From: an uncultured Clostridia bacterium
GTDB lineage: Bacteria > Bacillota > Clostridia > TANB77 > CAG-508
Direction of reading: 5' to 3'
Assembly: GCA_944386385.1 (NCBI GenBank)
Contig: CALXAV010000002.1
Location: 65,366 to 129,365, forward strand
Length of the DNA: 64,000 nt
Positions within the stretch are counted from its first letter, which is position 1. Every line of letters starts with the position of its first letter. The notes beneath the pieces are model-generated. The model was not told the DNA's origin and made no database searches. It saw only the letters and a list, made by a program, of their open reading frames with translations. Shown in pieces: positions 38,327-49,188 of this stretch. Both the position numbers and the translations under genes were made by a program.

Positions 38327-39229
38327 ATGAAAAAAAATGAATTTAAAAAAATAATGAAAAAAGAGAACAAGGCATTTAAAAATTTTTACCTATATGGTGG
38401 TTTTGTAACATTGTTGCTTGTTATTGTTATAATTCTAAATGTGTTATTAAATTTCAATGAAATAATTCCACTTTATGCTTTTATTGTAAATGCTGTTTTA
38501 GCAATTGCTGTTGCTATACCTTTTATAGTCATAGATATAAAAAATGATAAAGAAATTAAGTCAATGTATGAGTCTTATCAAAAAGACGGCAAAATTCCAG
38601 AATATAAAGATAAAACAAAGTCTTTAAAAATTTTGTTGATTTTTAGTATTATTGTTGTTATTATAGATGGATTTATTATGGCAAAATATACTTTTTTGAA
38701 AGAAAATGAAAAAACTAATACAATAGATACATCATTAGAAATAATGACAAATCAGGGAAATAGAATCACAACACAATATGAAGATTTAGGTGAATTTTCA
38801 CTAAAAATACCAACTGATTTTAATATAATGAGCAAGGAAGCTATTAGTAATAAATATCCAACGGGAAATGCTCCATCACTTGTTTACACAAATGAAAGAG
38901 GAACTATTAATATTGCATTTGTTTTAAATGATGTAGCAATGAGAAATGATGAAATAGAAGAATATACAAAGGCAATGGAAACTATGTATAGACAATATGC
39001 TAATGATATAGATATCAATTTTTTTGAAAGAAATAATCATAAAATTGGAGAAATTAAATTTATCTCACCTGCATCAGATACAAATATTTATAATCATATT
39101 ATAGCGTTTTCTGTTGCTGGAAAATTAAGATTAGTTAATTTTAATTGCACAGAAGAATTAAGGACTGAATGGGAAGAGGTTGGAAACTTTATAATTAATT
39201 CATTAAACTTTACAGAGGAGCAAGATTAA
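38327..39229 (+). CDS. membrane protein; C-domain paralogous to 20149-20775
   Basis: Shared C-terminal motif series. Confidence 0.55.
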   Translation: MKKNEFKKIMKKENKAFKNFYLYGGFVTLLLVIVIILNVLLNFNEIIPLYAFIVNAVLAIAVAIPFIVIDIKNDKEIKSMYESYQKDGKIPEYKDKTKSLKILLIFSIIVVIIDGFIMAKYTFLKENEKTNTIDTSLEIMTNQGNRITTQYEDLGEFSLKIPTDFNIMSKEAISNKYPTGNAPSLVYTNERGTINIAFVLNDVAMRNDEIEEYTKAMETMYRQYANDIDINFFERNNHKIGEIKFISPASDTNIYNHIIAFSVAGKLRLVNFNCTEELRTEWEEVGNFIINSLNFTEEQD

Positions 39230-39330
39230 TTAAAATAGAAATTGTGACAAGCAAGGATAGATAGTGCGAGAATTATCTGTCCTTTATTTATAAAAAAGAT
39301 TAGACGTCTTGATTATATAAGGAGGAGTTT

Positions 39331-40233
39331 ATGCAAGAAAGAGAAAAAGAAAGAAGAGCAATTTGTTTTTCATTGATTGCAGGAATAATTTTACTTGTTA
39401 TAGGAATAATTATGGCCATAAAAACTGATTCAAAAGCTATGCTAGCAGATGCATTGTATGATTCAATAGATATCATAATTGTAATTTTAACATTATTTTT
39501 AGTTAAATTATATCACGCACCTGTATCAGAAAAGAAACCTTTTGGTTTTTCACAACTAGAATCATTTTTTCTACTAATTAAAACATTTATGATTCTAGCA
39601 CTTAATGTAAGTATAATTATAAATGCTGTTATTTCAATTATAAATGGTGGAAAAGAAATTGATGTTATAACAGTATCACTATTTCAGTTTATATTGTTTA
39701 TAGGAAATCTAATTGTATGGTTAATAATAAGAAATATTAATAAAAAGATAAATTCTCCAACAGTAAAAGCAGAAGTAGTAGCTTGGAAATTTGATATGAT
39801 TTATAGTTTTGGAATGGCATTTGCATTTTTTGTAATACAGGCTTTAAAAGAAACAAATTTCAAAAGTATTATTCCATATTTTGATCAAGTTGTAGTTATT
39901 ATTAGTAGTATAATAATGTTACCAGAAGTATTTAAAGTATTGAAAGAAAATATAACAAGCGTTTTATTATTTGCACCAAATAAAGATTTGACTGATGAAA
40001 TTAAAAGTATTATAGAGAAAAATTTGTTAAATACTAATATGAAGATTTTACATTATGATATTATAAAAACAGGAAGGAAAACATGGATATCCAGCTATTT
40101 TAAAAGTTTTGATAATATAGTAGATATAATGCAATTAAAAGAAATAACAACAAAATGTTCAGAAGAATTAAATGAAAGAATAGGAAATATTTATTTTGAA
40201 CTAATTCCAGATGTTGAGAATTATTATACTTAA
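39331..40233 (+). CDS. cation diffusion facilitator family transporter
   Basis: Six TM layout, 'ADALYDSIDI' metal-site-like motif, cytoplasmic C-domain. Confidence 0.7.
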   Translation: MQEREKERRAICFSLIAGIILLVIGIIMAIKTDSKAMLADALYDSIDIIIVILTLFLVKLYHAPVSEKKPFGFSQLESFFLLIKTFMILALNVSIIINAVISIINGGKEIDVITVSLFQFILFIGNLIVWLIIRNINKKINSPTVKAEVVAWKFDMIYSFGMAFAFFVIQALKETNFKSIIPYFDQVVVIISSIIMLPEVFKVLKENITSVLLFAPNKDLTDEIKSIIEKNLLNTNMKILHYDIIKTGRKTWISSYFKSFDNIVDIMQLKEITTKCSEELNERIGNIYFELIPDVENYYT

Positions 40234-40306
40234 AAGTTTAAATGTCTTTTTATTTATTAAAACAAATAAGACTGATATTTAGTAATTTAAAAATAGGAGG
40301 TATTGT

Positions 40307-40501
40307 ATGTTAATTACAGGAATTTTAATTACAATAGTTGCAATTTTTATGGTTTTAGTTCCTCAATTTTTTATGAGGCTAAAAAGTCCTAGAATTCCAG
40401 ATAAATTATTAAAGAACTTTAAAATGAAAATTGTTCTTAGAGTATGGGGGAGCATTTTTGTAATAGTTGGAATTTTATTAATTGTTTTTTCAATTATTTA
40501 A
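40307..40501 (+). CDS. small two-TM membrane protein
   Basis: AGGAGG RBS; hydrophobic. Confidence 0.45.
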   Translation: MLITGILITIVAIFMVLVPQFFMRLKSPRIPDKLLKNFKMKIVLRVWGSIFVIVGILLIVFSII

Positions 40502-40538
40502 TAATAAATTGTAATATGCAAGTGGAGGAGTTTAAGTG

Positions 40539-40842
40539 ATGAAAATAATAACATTATGTGGAAGTTTAAAGTTTAAAAAAGAAATGATGGAAACAGCAGA
40601 GAAAATGGCTCTAAAAGGTAATTGTATTCTTACACCAGTTTATCCTGTGTTGGAAAATTATGAAAGAACAGATGAACAACTAAAAAAGTTAAAGGAAGAA
40701 CATTTTAAAAGAATAGAATTAGCTGATGCAATATTAGTAGTAAATGTAAATAATTATATTGGAAATAGTACAAATTTAGAGATAGAATATGCAAGAAAAA
40801 TTAGGTAAAGAAATTTTATATTATACAGATTTAATAGCATGA
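40539..40842 (+). pseudogene. nucleoside 2-deoxyribosyltransferase-like small protein, frame broken in the A-run at 40796-40800
   Basis: 'IITLCGSLKF...ADAILVVN' ; tail 'EYARK|LGKEILYYTDLIA' restored by 1 nt. Confidence 0.5.
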
Positions 40843-40903
40843 TGGTAGAAACAAAAATTACAATTAAATAGTTAAAAAATAGTAAGTGTAGAGGAAAAAA
40901 ATT

Positions 40904-41422
40904 ATGGAAAGAATATGTATAATTGGAGGAAGTGGAACTGGAAAGACAACATTGGCTAAAAATTTAGGGGAACAATTAAATTTACCTGTCTATCATATTG
41001 ACGGAATACACCATTTAGAAAATTGGGAAATACGTAATAAAGATGAAAGAGATAGAATTATTTTAGAAAAAGTTAATGAAGATAAATGGGTTATAGATGG
41101 AACTTATAATTCAACACTAAAGCAACGTTTAGAAAAAGCAGACTATATAATTTATTTAGATTATTCCACTATTGCACAAATAAAAGGTATTTTAGGAAGA
41201 TATATAAAGAACCATGGAAAGGAAAAACAAGAAATACCAGGGTGTAAGGAAAAACTGGATTGGCAATTTTTTTGGTGGGTAGTTAAATGGAGAAAGAATA
41301 AAAGACAGAAGATTATTGAAGCTATACAAGAAGTAGATAGTGATAAACTTCATATTTTTAAAACAAGGAAAGAGCTTAACAAATGGTATGTAAATCAATT
41401 TGGTAAGAAAATACAACTCTAA
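40904..41422 (+). CDS. topology-modulation / adenylate-kinase-like P-loop protein
   Basis: 'ICIIGGSGTGKTTLAK...PVYHIDGI'. Confidence 0.7.
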   Translation: MERICIIGGSGTGKTTLAKNLGEQLNLPVYHIDGIHHLENWEIRNKDERDRIILEKVNEDKWVIDGTYNSTLKQRLEKADYIIYLDYSTIAQIKGILGRYIKNHGKEKQEIPGCKEKLDWQFFWWVVKWRKNKRQKIIEAIQEVDSDKLHIFKTRKELNKWYVNQFGKKIQL

Positions 41423-41469
41423 AAACAAATTTTGTATAAGAAAAAATATTTATTATAAAAGGAGAAAAT

Positions 41470-42021
41470 ATGAAAAAGGGAATAAAAATTTTTTGTATTA
41501 TTTTAATAACGATAATAATTTTAGGAATAGTATTTTTTATTGTTGATTATAATAGAGTAAAAAATAATAACACACCAATGTTTTGTATAAATACAGGAAC
41601 TTTAAGAGATGGCGGGAGTGTAGAGTATTTAGGTTTAGGCTATAAAGTAATAGAGTTTAATACACTAGATGGATATGATGATATAAAAATAGGAACTTGG
41701 TTTATGAATTATGATGATTTTCAAGAAGAGATGAAGTCAAGTAAAAACGAAGAAGAAAATATAGTACAAACATTTAATGCAAGAATTGAAGAAATAACCG
41801 ATAATAGTAATATGTTGGTAAATAGAACTGATATGGAAAATGGAGAATACTATATTAATATAAGAGATTACACCAAGATAACTTTTAATGGAGAAAATAT
41901 TAGTGTTAATGATTTGAAAATAGGAGATAATATATTAATTACATATAGAGATAAATATATTGATTTGGCATATCCACCAACGATTAGAGAAGTCCAAAAA
42001 ATAGAAGTTTTAAGTGAATAA
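41470..42021 (+). CDS. N-terminally anchored protein, unknown function
   Basis: RBS plus signal-anchor. Confidence 0.5.
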   Translation: MKKGIKIFCIILITIIILGIVFFIVDYNRVKNNNTPMFCINTGTLRDGGSVEYLGLGYKVIEFNTLDGYDDIKIGTWFMNYDDFQEEMKSSKNEEENIVQTFNARIEEITDNSNMLVNRTDMENGEYYINIRDYTKITFNGENISVNDLKIGDNILITYRDKYIDLAYPPTIREVQKIEVLSE

Positions 42022-42167
42022 ATATAATGTACTTATTTATTTGTAATAATCCTCAAAGATGATTTGATGGAAGAGCTAAATTTGAGGAAAAGTGGAAAAT
42101 ATGGTATAATATATGTATATATTGTTTAAGCAAATTTAGTTTTACATAAGAAAAGGAGGGGATTGTT

Positions 42168-42860
42168 ATGAAGAAAGTATTAAAAGTTTTAGGAATAATT
42201 TTAGCTATATTAATAGTTTTAGTAGCTATTTATTATGTAGTAATACATTTTGATGGTTTCTTAAACAAAGATAATGAAATGACAAGAGAAGAAGTTATAG
42301 AATTACTAGAAAAAGGAAAAGAATATCCAAACTATTATTACTCATCAGAATCTACTTGGCTTTTTGGAAAGATTGATGAAATTAAAACAGAAAGATACAT
42401 AAAAGATAATATTGTGAAGGTTGTAGTTGATGGAAAAGTAGATAGTTGGACAGATTACAATAACGATGAACGTATTAGTATACTTGGAGAACATGATGGT
42501 AAAAAATACGCGAGTGTAAGTAATTTGGATAATTTTGAAGAAAATGACCAGAGCCAAAGAGGATTCGATTATTCACTTATTTCAGATGAAGAAACATTTA
42601 ATACTGATTTTAAATATTTAGGAGAAAAACAAGTAGATGGTAGAGATACAATAATTGTTAAAGTTTGGAATAAAGATTGGGTTAGTGTGGATTCAACTAA
42701 ATTCTATATTGATAAAGAAACAGGATTTATTATGAGAAGAGTTGATTATACTGCACTAGGATTTTTTAAGATAGATTGTAATAGAAATGTAAAAATGGAT
42801 GTTGTAACAGATGAAGATATTCAAAGACCAGATTTAGAAGGATATGAAATACTTCAATAA
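42168..42860 (+). CDS. N-terminally anchored protein, unknown function
   Basis: AAGGAGGGG RBS plus signal-anchor. Confidence 0.5.
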   Translation: MKKVLKVLGIILAILIVLVAIYYVVIHFDGFLNKDNEMTREEVIELLEKGKEYPNYYYSSESTWLFGKIDEIKTERYIKDNIVKVVVDGKVDSWTDYNNDERISILGEHDGKKYASVSNLDNFEENDQSQRGFDYSLISDEETFNTDFKYLGEKQVDGRDTIIVKVWNKDWVSVDSTKFYIDKETGFIMRRVDYTALGFFKIDCNRNVKMDVVTDEDIQRPDLEGYEILQ

Positions 42861-43051
42861 TAAAAATTAGAAAGAGTAGTTTAAAATGAATATTAGAATA
42901 AGTAGTCTAATAGAGATAGATTTTGTGTAAGCAAGAGTTTTTAAACTTTTGCTTATTTTTAACGTATGTGTCATTTGACATTTTTTAATATCTATAATAA
43001 GATATTAAAGGAAATTTTTTAAAAATAAATATTAGAAATGGAGATAAAGAT

Positions 43052-44761
43052 ATGAAAAATATTTTAGAAGTAACAGATTTAAAAGATATGTTAAATAAAA
43101 CAAGAAAATTATATGGAGATAGACCAGGATATAAAATAAAGGTTGGAGAAGGAGAATATAAAACATATACTCATAATGAAATAAGAGATATGATTGACTA
43201 TTTAGGAACTGCTTTAATTAGTTTAGGACTAAAAGATAAAAGAATAGCTGTTATTGGTGAAAACAGATATGAATGGGAACTTGCTTATTTATCAATAGTA
43301 TGTGGAACAGGAATAGTAGTTCCATTAGATAGATCACTTCCTGATAATGAATTAGAAGAGTTAATAGAAAGATCAGAAGTTGAAGCAATATTCTATTCTA
43401 AAAAATATGAAGAAACAATAAAGACGATAAGATTTAGTGAGAAAAATAAATTAAAACATCTAATATCTATGGATACAGATGTTCATGATGAAGGTATTTA
43501 TTCAGAAAAAGAATTAATAGAAAAAGGAAAAGCTTTAGTAGAAGCAGGAAATAGAGAATTTATAGATGCAAAAATAAATCCAGAAGAAATGAATATAATG
43601 TTATTTACATCAGGGACAACATCAAAATCAAAAGTAGTAGCATTATCACATAGAAACTTGGTATCAAATGTAATGGATTTTGCATCAGTACTTACAATTG
43701 ATTCAAGTGATAGAATATTATCATTTTTACCATTACATCATGTTTTTGAGTGTACTGTAGGAATGCTATATTCTTTATACATAGGAGCACAGAGATCTTT
43801 CTGCGATGGAATAAGACATATAGTAGAGAACTTAAATGAATACAAAATAACATTTGCATCATTTGTACCGGCAATATATGAAAGTATGTATAAAACTATC
43901 ATGAAAAATCTTGAAAAGCAAGGAAAATTAGAAGTTGTTAAAAAACTTATGGAAGAAAACAGAAATAAAACAATGGCAGAAAAGAAAGAAATATTTAAAG
44001 ATATTCATGCAGTATTTGGTGGAGATATAAAATTATTTGTAAGTGGTGCAGCAGCATTAGATGCAGAAGTAGAATATGCATTTAGAGATTGGGGAATTAA
44101 CTTATGCCAAGGATATGGACTAACAGAAACATCTCCAGTAATTGGAGTAGAAACAGATGAAAACTTTAGAGTTGGTTCAATAGGTAAATCACTTCCTCAT
44201 GTACAAGCAAGAATTGATGATGCAAATGAAGAAGGAATGGGAGAACTTACTGTAAAAGGGCCAAATGTTATGCTAGGTTACTATCAAGATGAAGAAGCAA
44301 CAAAAGAAGTAATGGAAGAAGATGGTTGGTTCCATACAGGAGATTTAGCAAAAATAGATGAAGATGGTTACATATTTATCTGTGGAAGAAAGAAAAGTGT
44401 AATAGTTTTAAAAAATGGTAAAAATATATTCCCAGAGGAAATGGAAGCACTAGTTAATAAAATAGAAGGTGTAACAGAATCATTTATTTTTGGAAAACAA
44501 CAATCAGAAGATAAGGAAGATATAAAAATAAATGTAAAGATTATATTTGATAGAGATGTTATGAAAGAAGCTTATAAAGCAGAAACAGATGAAGAAATTC
44601 GCAAAGTTTTATCAGACAAAATCAAAGAAATTAACAAGATTATGCCAAAATATAAAGCTATAAGAGGAATAATAATTTCTGAAGAACCATTAATTAAAAC
44701 AACTACAAATAAAATAAAAAGACAAGCAAATTTAGATGTAATAAATAACATGGTAAATTAG
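43052..44761 (+). CDS. long-chain acyl-CoA synthetase (AMP-binding family)
   Basis: 'LFTSGTTSKSKVV', 'GYGLTETS', 'GWFHTGD'. Confidence 0.85.
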   Translation: MKNILEVTDLKDMLNKTRKLYGDRPGYKIKVGEGEYKTYTHNEIRDMIDYLGTALISLGLKDKRIAVIGENRYEWELAYLSIVCGTGIVVPLDRSLPDNELEELIERSEVEAIFYSKKYEETIKTIRFSEKNKLKHLISMDTDVHDEGIYSEKELIEKGKALVEAGNREFIDAKINPEEMNIMLFTSGTTSKSKVVALSHRNLVSNVMDFASVLTIDSSDRILSFLPLHHVFECTVGMLYSLYIGAQRSFCDGIRHIVENLNEYKITFASFVPAIYESMYKTIMKNLEKQGKLEVVKKLMEENRNKTMAEKKEIFKDIHAVFGGDIKLFVSGAAALDAEVEYAFRDWGINLCQGYGLTETSPVIGVETDENFRVGSIGKSLPHVQARIDDANEEGMGELTVKGPNVMLGYYQDEEATKEVMEEDGWFHTGDLAKIDEDGYIFICGRKKSVIVLKNGKNIFPEEMEALVNKIEGVTESFIFGKQQSEDKEDIKINVKIIFDRDVMKEAYKAETDEEIRKVLSDKIKEINKIMPKYKAIRGIIISEEPLIKTTTNKIKRQANLDVINNMVN

Positions 44762-44828
44762 GGACGTTTCCTTTTGTCGGTTTTCCGACACTTTGGGACA
44801 CATATATAAATAATAAAAAAGATAGTCA

Positions 44829-44868
44829 TAATAAGAGGTTATTAGAATATTCTAGTAACCTCTTATTA
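44829..44868. repeat. 40-nt near-perfect loopless palindrome
   Basis: TAATAAGAGGTTATTAGAAT|ATTCTAGTAACCTCTTATTA, 19 of 20 pairs Watson-Crick plus one T-G. Confidence 0.9.
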
Positions 44869-44959
44869 TTACGAAATTGTAAGCAAAATGAAATATAAAT
44901 CGATGGTAAGAAACTTTAGAGTTAAGTATAATAAGAATAAATAAGAAAGAGGTGATTGT

Positions 44960-45304
44960 ATGGAAAGTTTAAAAGAAAAATTGCCAATGATAATAGCAGT
45001 TATTGTGGCAATTGGAATTTTAGTTTTGGGGTATTACTTTATGTTTGTACATAAAGATGTTTATTATACTAGGATAGATAATGAAAAGATAGAACAAATA
45101 TCTACAAGTGATGAGATGAAATATGAATATACTTTAATTGCTTATAATAGTAAAGGTAAAGAAAAAGAAGTAAAATTTAAAACAAGTAGAGAGTTAAGAG
45201 AAGATGCTTATTTAGAATTAGATATAATGAAAGGAAGAGGAGTTGTAAAGTGGAGAGAAGTTAAGCATGAAGAACTTCCAGAAAAAGTCCAAGAAAAATA
45301 TTAG
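44960..45304 (+). CDS. YxeA-family (DUF1093) protein
   Basis: 'YYTRIDN...YEYTLIAYNSKGKEKEVKF...YLELD..KGRGVVKWREV'. Confidence 0.7.
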   Translation: MESLKEKLPMIIAVIVAIGILVLGYYFMFVHKDVYYTRIDNEKIEQISTSDEMKYEYTLIAYNSKGKEKEVKFKTSRELREDAYLELDIMKGRGVVKWREVKHEELPEKVQEKY

Positions 45305-45386
45305 TGCTAAATTGTAGTCTTACATTTAGCACACCCCTTTATTCAATAGAAAATTGTTCTCATTTTGGGAGCAATTTTCTTTTTGT
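45303..45386 (+). repeat. two-hairpin intergenic module, copy 3
   Basis: GTGCTAAAT..ATTTAGCAC, CCCCTTTATT, hairpin GAAAATTGTTC..GAGCAATTTTC plus T-run. Confidence 0.65.
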
Positions 45387-45433
45387 CTCTTTATAAGTTA
45401 TATTTTCATAAAATTGTAGTAGGAGGGATAAAT

Positions 45434-45958
45434 ATGTGTTGTGGATGTAATAAAACAATTATAAGTATATGTATTGCTCTTATCTTGCTCTTAATAGCAA
45501 TTTTTGTAATAGTTATTGTTATAAATAATAACAATATAAAAGAACCCAATATATTGGTTGCAATAGCAAAACCGGGAGACAATACTACAGTTGGAACGAC
45601 AACTATTAAATTTAGTGAAAATAATATAGTAGAAGGAACAGCAATTTCTCATACAGAAGGTAGTGATGAAGTAATTATAAACGAAACAGGAATTTATCAA
45701 ATATCATATCAATTATTTGGAGTACAAGATGTAACAGGAACATTTAATTTCAATGCAGTGCTGTTGGTAAATAATACGCCATTAAACGATACTTTTAATC
45801 AATCACCAGTAATTAGAAATAGCACAAGCAACAGAATGACTCTAACTAGTACAGTAATATTAAGATTAAATGCAGGAGATATTTTAAAATTACAAGGAGT
45901 ATCAATTGAAGATATAACTTATCAAAATGCAAGAATCGATATTGAAAAAATAGGATAA
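45434..45958 (+). CDS. membrane-anchored BclA-C-terminal/C1q-like jelly-roll domain protein
   Basis: 'GIYQISYQL...LLVNNTPL...ILRLNAGDILKL' pattern; GGAGGG RBS before ATG 45434. Confidence 0.55.
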   Translation: MCCGCNKTIISICIALILLLIAIFVIVIVINNNNIKEPNILVAIAKPGDNTTVGTTTIKFSENNIVEGTAISHTEGSDEVIINETGIYQISYQLFGVQDVTGTFNFNAVLLVNNTPLNDTFNQSPVIRNSTSNRMTLTSTVILRLNAGDILKLQGVSIEDITYQNARIDIEKIG

Positions 45959-45991
45959 ATATAAAAAGGTAGAGAAATTTCTACCTTTATT

Positions 45992-46333
45992 TTAATTATT
46001 TATATTAAGCTTTTCTCTGTAATTATTTCCCCAAACAACCATAGAATCTAATATTGGTTTTAAACTAAGACCAGTCTCTGTTAAAGAGTATTCAACCTTT
46101 GGAGGAACTTCTGGATAAACTTTTCTTTTAACAAGTCCAGAAGCTTCCATTTCACGAAGTTTTGTAGTTAAAACTTTTTGGGTAATATTAGTTAAAGATT
46201 TTTTGAGTTCACCAAATCTTTTAGTACCTGTAAGTAAATCTCTAATAATCAAAATCTTCCATTTATCACCAATAAGTCCGACAGTTAATTCAACAGGACA
46301 AGCAGGTAATTCTTTAATTTGTTTTTTATTCAT
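45992..46333 (-). CDS. HxlR-family transcriptional regulator
   Basis: 'CPVELTVGLIGDKWKILIIRDLL.GTKRFGELKKSL..ITQKVLTTKLREME..GLV.RKVY'. Confidence 0.85.
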   Translation of the reverse strand: MNKKQIKELPACPVELTVGLIGDKWKILIIRDLLTGTKRFGELKKSLTNITQKVLTTKLREMEASGLVKRKVYPEVPPKVEYSLTETGLSLKPILDSMVVWGNNYREKLNINN

Positions 46334-46640
46334 AATAATCAACTCCGATAAAATTATAACAAAAAAGCGTGAATATGTAAAGAATGTAATGCAGTAATAT
46401 TAATAAAAGTATAAAAAACATACTTTGTACTATATACGCAATGGGGACATTTCTTATGCGTAAAAAAATTCGCAAAGGAAACGTCCCTTTTTACACCTTT
46501 TTTTCGCATTTGGGACACATCATTGAAATATTTATAAAAAAGATATAAAATAATAATATATTCTTGACTTGAAGTACACTTTAAGTGATATAAAATATAA
46601 GAGAACTTTATAAAAAATAAAAATGAATGGAGGAATTTAT

Positions 46641-47762
46641 ATGTCATATTTAGGAGAAGAAATTAAAAAACTAGGTTTTGGACTAATGAGATTACCACAA
46701 AAGGATGGGAAAATTGATGTAGAACAAACAAAAGTAATGGTAGACAAATTTATGGAAGCAGGCTTTACTTATTTTGATACAGCTTGGGCTTATGCAGGTT
46801 CAGAAGATGCAATAAGAGAAGCACTAGTTGAAAGATATCCAAGAGAGAAATTTCAGCTTGCAACAAAAAATGCAGCATGGATAAACTGTAAAACAAGAGA
46901 AGAGGCAATAGCACAATTTGAAACATCTCTAAAACAAACAGGAGCAGGATATTTCGATTTCTATTTATTACATAATTTAGGAGAAGGAAGAACAAAAGTA
47001 TTTGATGACTTTGATATGTGGAGTTGGATATTAGATATGAAAGCACAAGGAAAAATAAAACATGCAGGATTTTCATTCCACTCAACACCAGAAGAATTAG
47101 ATGAGATACTTACAAAACATCCTGAGATGGAATTTGTACAATTACAAATAAATTATGCAGATTGGGAGAACCCAGCAATAAAATCAAAAGAATGTTATGA
47201 AGTAGCAAGAAAACATGGTAAACCTGTAATTATTATGGAGCCAGTAAAAGGTGGAATGTTGTCTAATCCACCAGAAAAAGTAAAAGAAGTATTTGATAAA
47301 GCAAACCCAGAAGCGTCTTATGCGTCATGGGCAATTAAGTTTGCAGCAAATCTAGATGGAGTAATTACAGTATTATCAGGAATGAGTAATATAGAACAAA
47401 TGGAAGATAATATTTCATATATGAAAGACTTTACAAAATTATCAGATGAAGAAATAAAAACAATAAAAGAGGCACAAGATATATTAAAGACAATTCCTCT
47501 AATTCCATGTACTACTTGTAATTATTGTGCAAAAGTTTGTCCAATGAAGATAGGAATTTCAGGAACATTTACAGCAATGAATATATTAACATTATATAAA
47601 GATATGGCAGGAGCAAAACACCAAGAAAATTGGCTTGTTAGTGGACATGGCTTAAAGAGTGCAAAAGAATGTATTAAATGTGGTAAATGTGAGCAAGTTT
47701 GCCCTCAACATATAAAAATAAGAGAAGAACTTGAAAAAGCAGTTAAAGCTTTAGAATTATAA
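46641..47762 (+). CDS. aldo/keto reductase with C-terminal 4Fe-4S domain
   Basis: 'GFGLMRLP', 'YFDTAW.Y', C-terminal 'CTTCNYCAKVCP...CIKCGKCEQVCP'; divergent from hxlR. Confidence 0.8.
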   Translation: MSYLGEEIKKLGFGLMRLPQKDGKIDVEQTKVMVDKFMEAGFTYFDTAWAYAGSEDAIREALVERYPREKFQLATKNAAWINCKTREEAIAQFETSLKQTGAGYFDFYLLHNLGEGRTKVFDDFDMWSWILDMKAQGKIKHAGFSFHSTPEELDEILTKHPEMEFVQLQINYADWENPAIKSKECYEVARKHGKPVIIMEPVKGGMLSNPPEKVKEVFDKANPEASYASWAIKFAANLDGVITVLSGMSNIEQMEDNISYMKDFTKLSDEEIKTIKEAQDILKTIPLIPCTTCNYCAKVCPMKIGISGTFTAMNILTLYKDMAGAKHQENWLVSGHGLKSAKECIKCGKCEQVCPQHIKIREELEKAVKALEL

Positions 47763-48133
47763 ATGTTCAATTGGAGACACATCTATATTATAAAATAAGA
47801 ATGGCATGTAACTTTTTAGTTATGTGCCTTTTGACTACGAATAAAAAATAAAAATTAAATTAATTTACAAGTTTCGACAAACTTTTTAAAATTTATATGC
47901 TAAAATATAATTGTTTCTTGCAGGAAACAATTTATATCAATAATTTTTTTCGAGATATCCAAATTAAAAATATTACAAACAAAAATATGTATAAATTTTT
48001 ATTATATTCATAAAAAATTATATCAGTTTTTTCAATTTTATCTTAATTTAATTATCTAATAAAATTTTATCTATAAAATCCATTTTCCTATTGAAAAAAT
48101 ATAATAAAGATGTTAAAATAAAGGAGGAATAAT

Positions 48134-49006
48134 ATGCAAAATAGATTACCTTTAACATCTGATTATGTCTTTAAGAGAATTTTTGGACAGGAAGAAAATA
48201 AAGAAGCTCTTAAAGATTTCTTAGAGAGCATATTAGATGTTGAAATAAAAAATATAGAAATAAATAATCCGGAAATACCAAAAAACTATTATGATAGTAA
48301 ATTTGCGTTATTAGATTTAAGAGTAACATTAAATACTGAAGTTGTTGTAGATGTAGAAATGCAAATGCAAAACCAGCATAATATGCAGCAAAGATCACCA
48401 TTCTATATGGCAAGTAATTATGCAAATAGTATAAAAGAGGGACAGCCATATACTGAGTGTAAAAAATCAATAGGAATAAATATTTTAAATTTTAATTATT
48501 ATAAAAGGAATTCTTATCATTCTATTGCTAGGATGAAATTTGAAGAACCAAAACCAGATGAAGTAGTAGATATGGGATATAAAGAACAGGATGAGTATGC
48601 AACAAAATACTTAGAAATGCACATAATAGAACTACCAAAGTTTAAAAAGAAAAATCCAGAAATGCATACGAAAATAGCACAATGGTTATGGTTATTTGTA
48701 GGGAGTGAGGAGCAAATGGAAAAAGCGGGGAAGTTAAATAAAGAAATAAGAAAAATAAATAAAAAATTAGCTTCAATGAGCTTAAGCAACGAAGAGAGGA
48801 ATAACTATGAATTTAGATTAAAAGCAATAAGAGATGAGGCAGATGCAATAGAGTATGCAACTAGGCAAGGGATTGAACAAGGACAAGAACAAGAGAAAAA
48901 AGAAATTGTAAAAAGAATGTTAAGAAAAAATGCAAAAGTAGAAGATATAATGGAATTTACTGGATTAACAAAAGAAGAAATAGAAAAAATAAAAAATGAA
49001 GAATAA
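48134..49006 (+). CDS. Rpn-family recombination-promoting nuclease / PD-(D/E)XK putative transposase
   Basis: 'TSDYVFKRIFG...ALLDLRV......VDVEMQ' N-terminal nuclease motifs. Confidence 0.75.
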   Translation: MQNRLPLTSDYVFKRIFGQEENKEALKDFLESILDVEIKNIEINNPEIPKNYYDSKFALLDLRVTLNTEVVVDVEMQMQNQHNMQQRSPFYMASNYANSIKEGQPYTECKKSIGINILNFNYYKRNSYHSIARMKFEEPKPDEVVDMGYKEQDEYATKYLEMHIIELPKFKKKNPEMHTKIAQWLWLFVGSEEQMEKAGKLNKEIRKINKKLASMSLSNEERNNYEFRLKAIRDEADAIEYATRQGIEQGQEQEKKEIVKRMLRKNAKVEDIMEFTGLTKEEIEKIKNEE

Positions 49007-49188
49007 ACAATGTATAAAAAGTTTGTTAATGTAAAAATTAGCAAACTTTTTTAATATTAAAAAATAACTAGCTAAGATACTATAATAGTATCCAAGAGGA
49101 AACTGGGTTACAAAAAAGTGCCTACTTTACAAAAGAAAGAATCGCCTGTAAAATAATTACAGAAGTAAAATAATAGGAGTATTAGGCT

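Noticed and set aside
39230-39330. Possible NiCo/czcD-type riboswitch upstream of the CDF transporter, and an NAD-type riboswitch upstream of the macro/SIR2 operon (49040-49188)
   Set aside because: I could not recognise the conserved cores of either class. The 39.25-kb hairpin is adequately explained as the terminator of the preceding gene. Only cmscan could settle it.
46354-46647. 97-aa minus-strand ORF in the hxlR/AKR divergent region
   Set aside because: It overlaps the promoter/operator region and the start of the AKR gene, with no RBS and wrong-frame composition.
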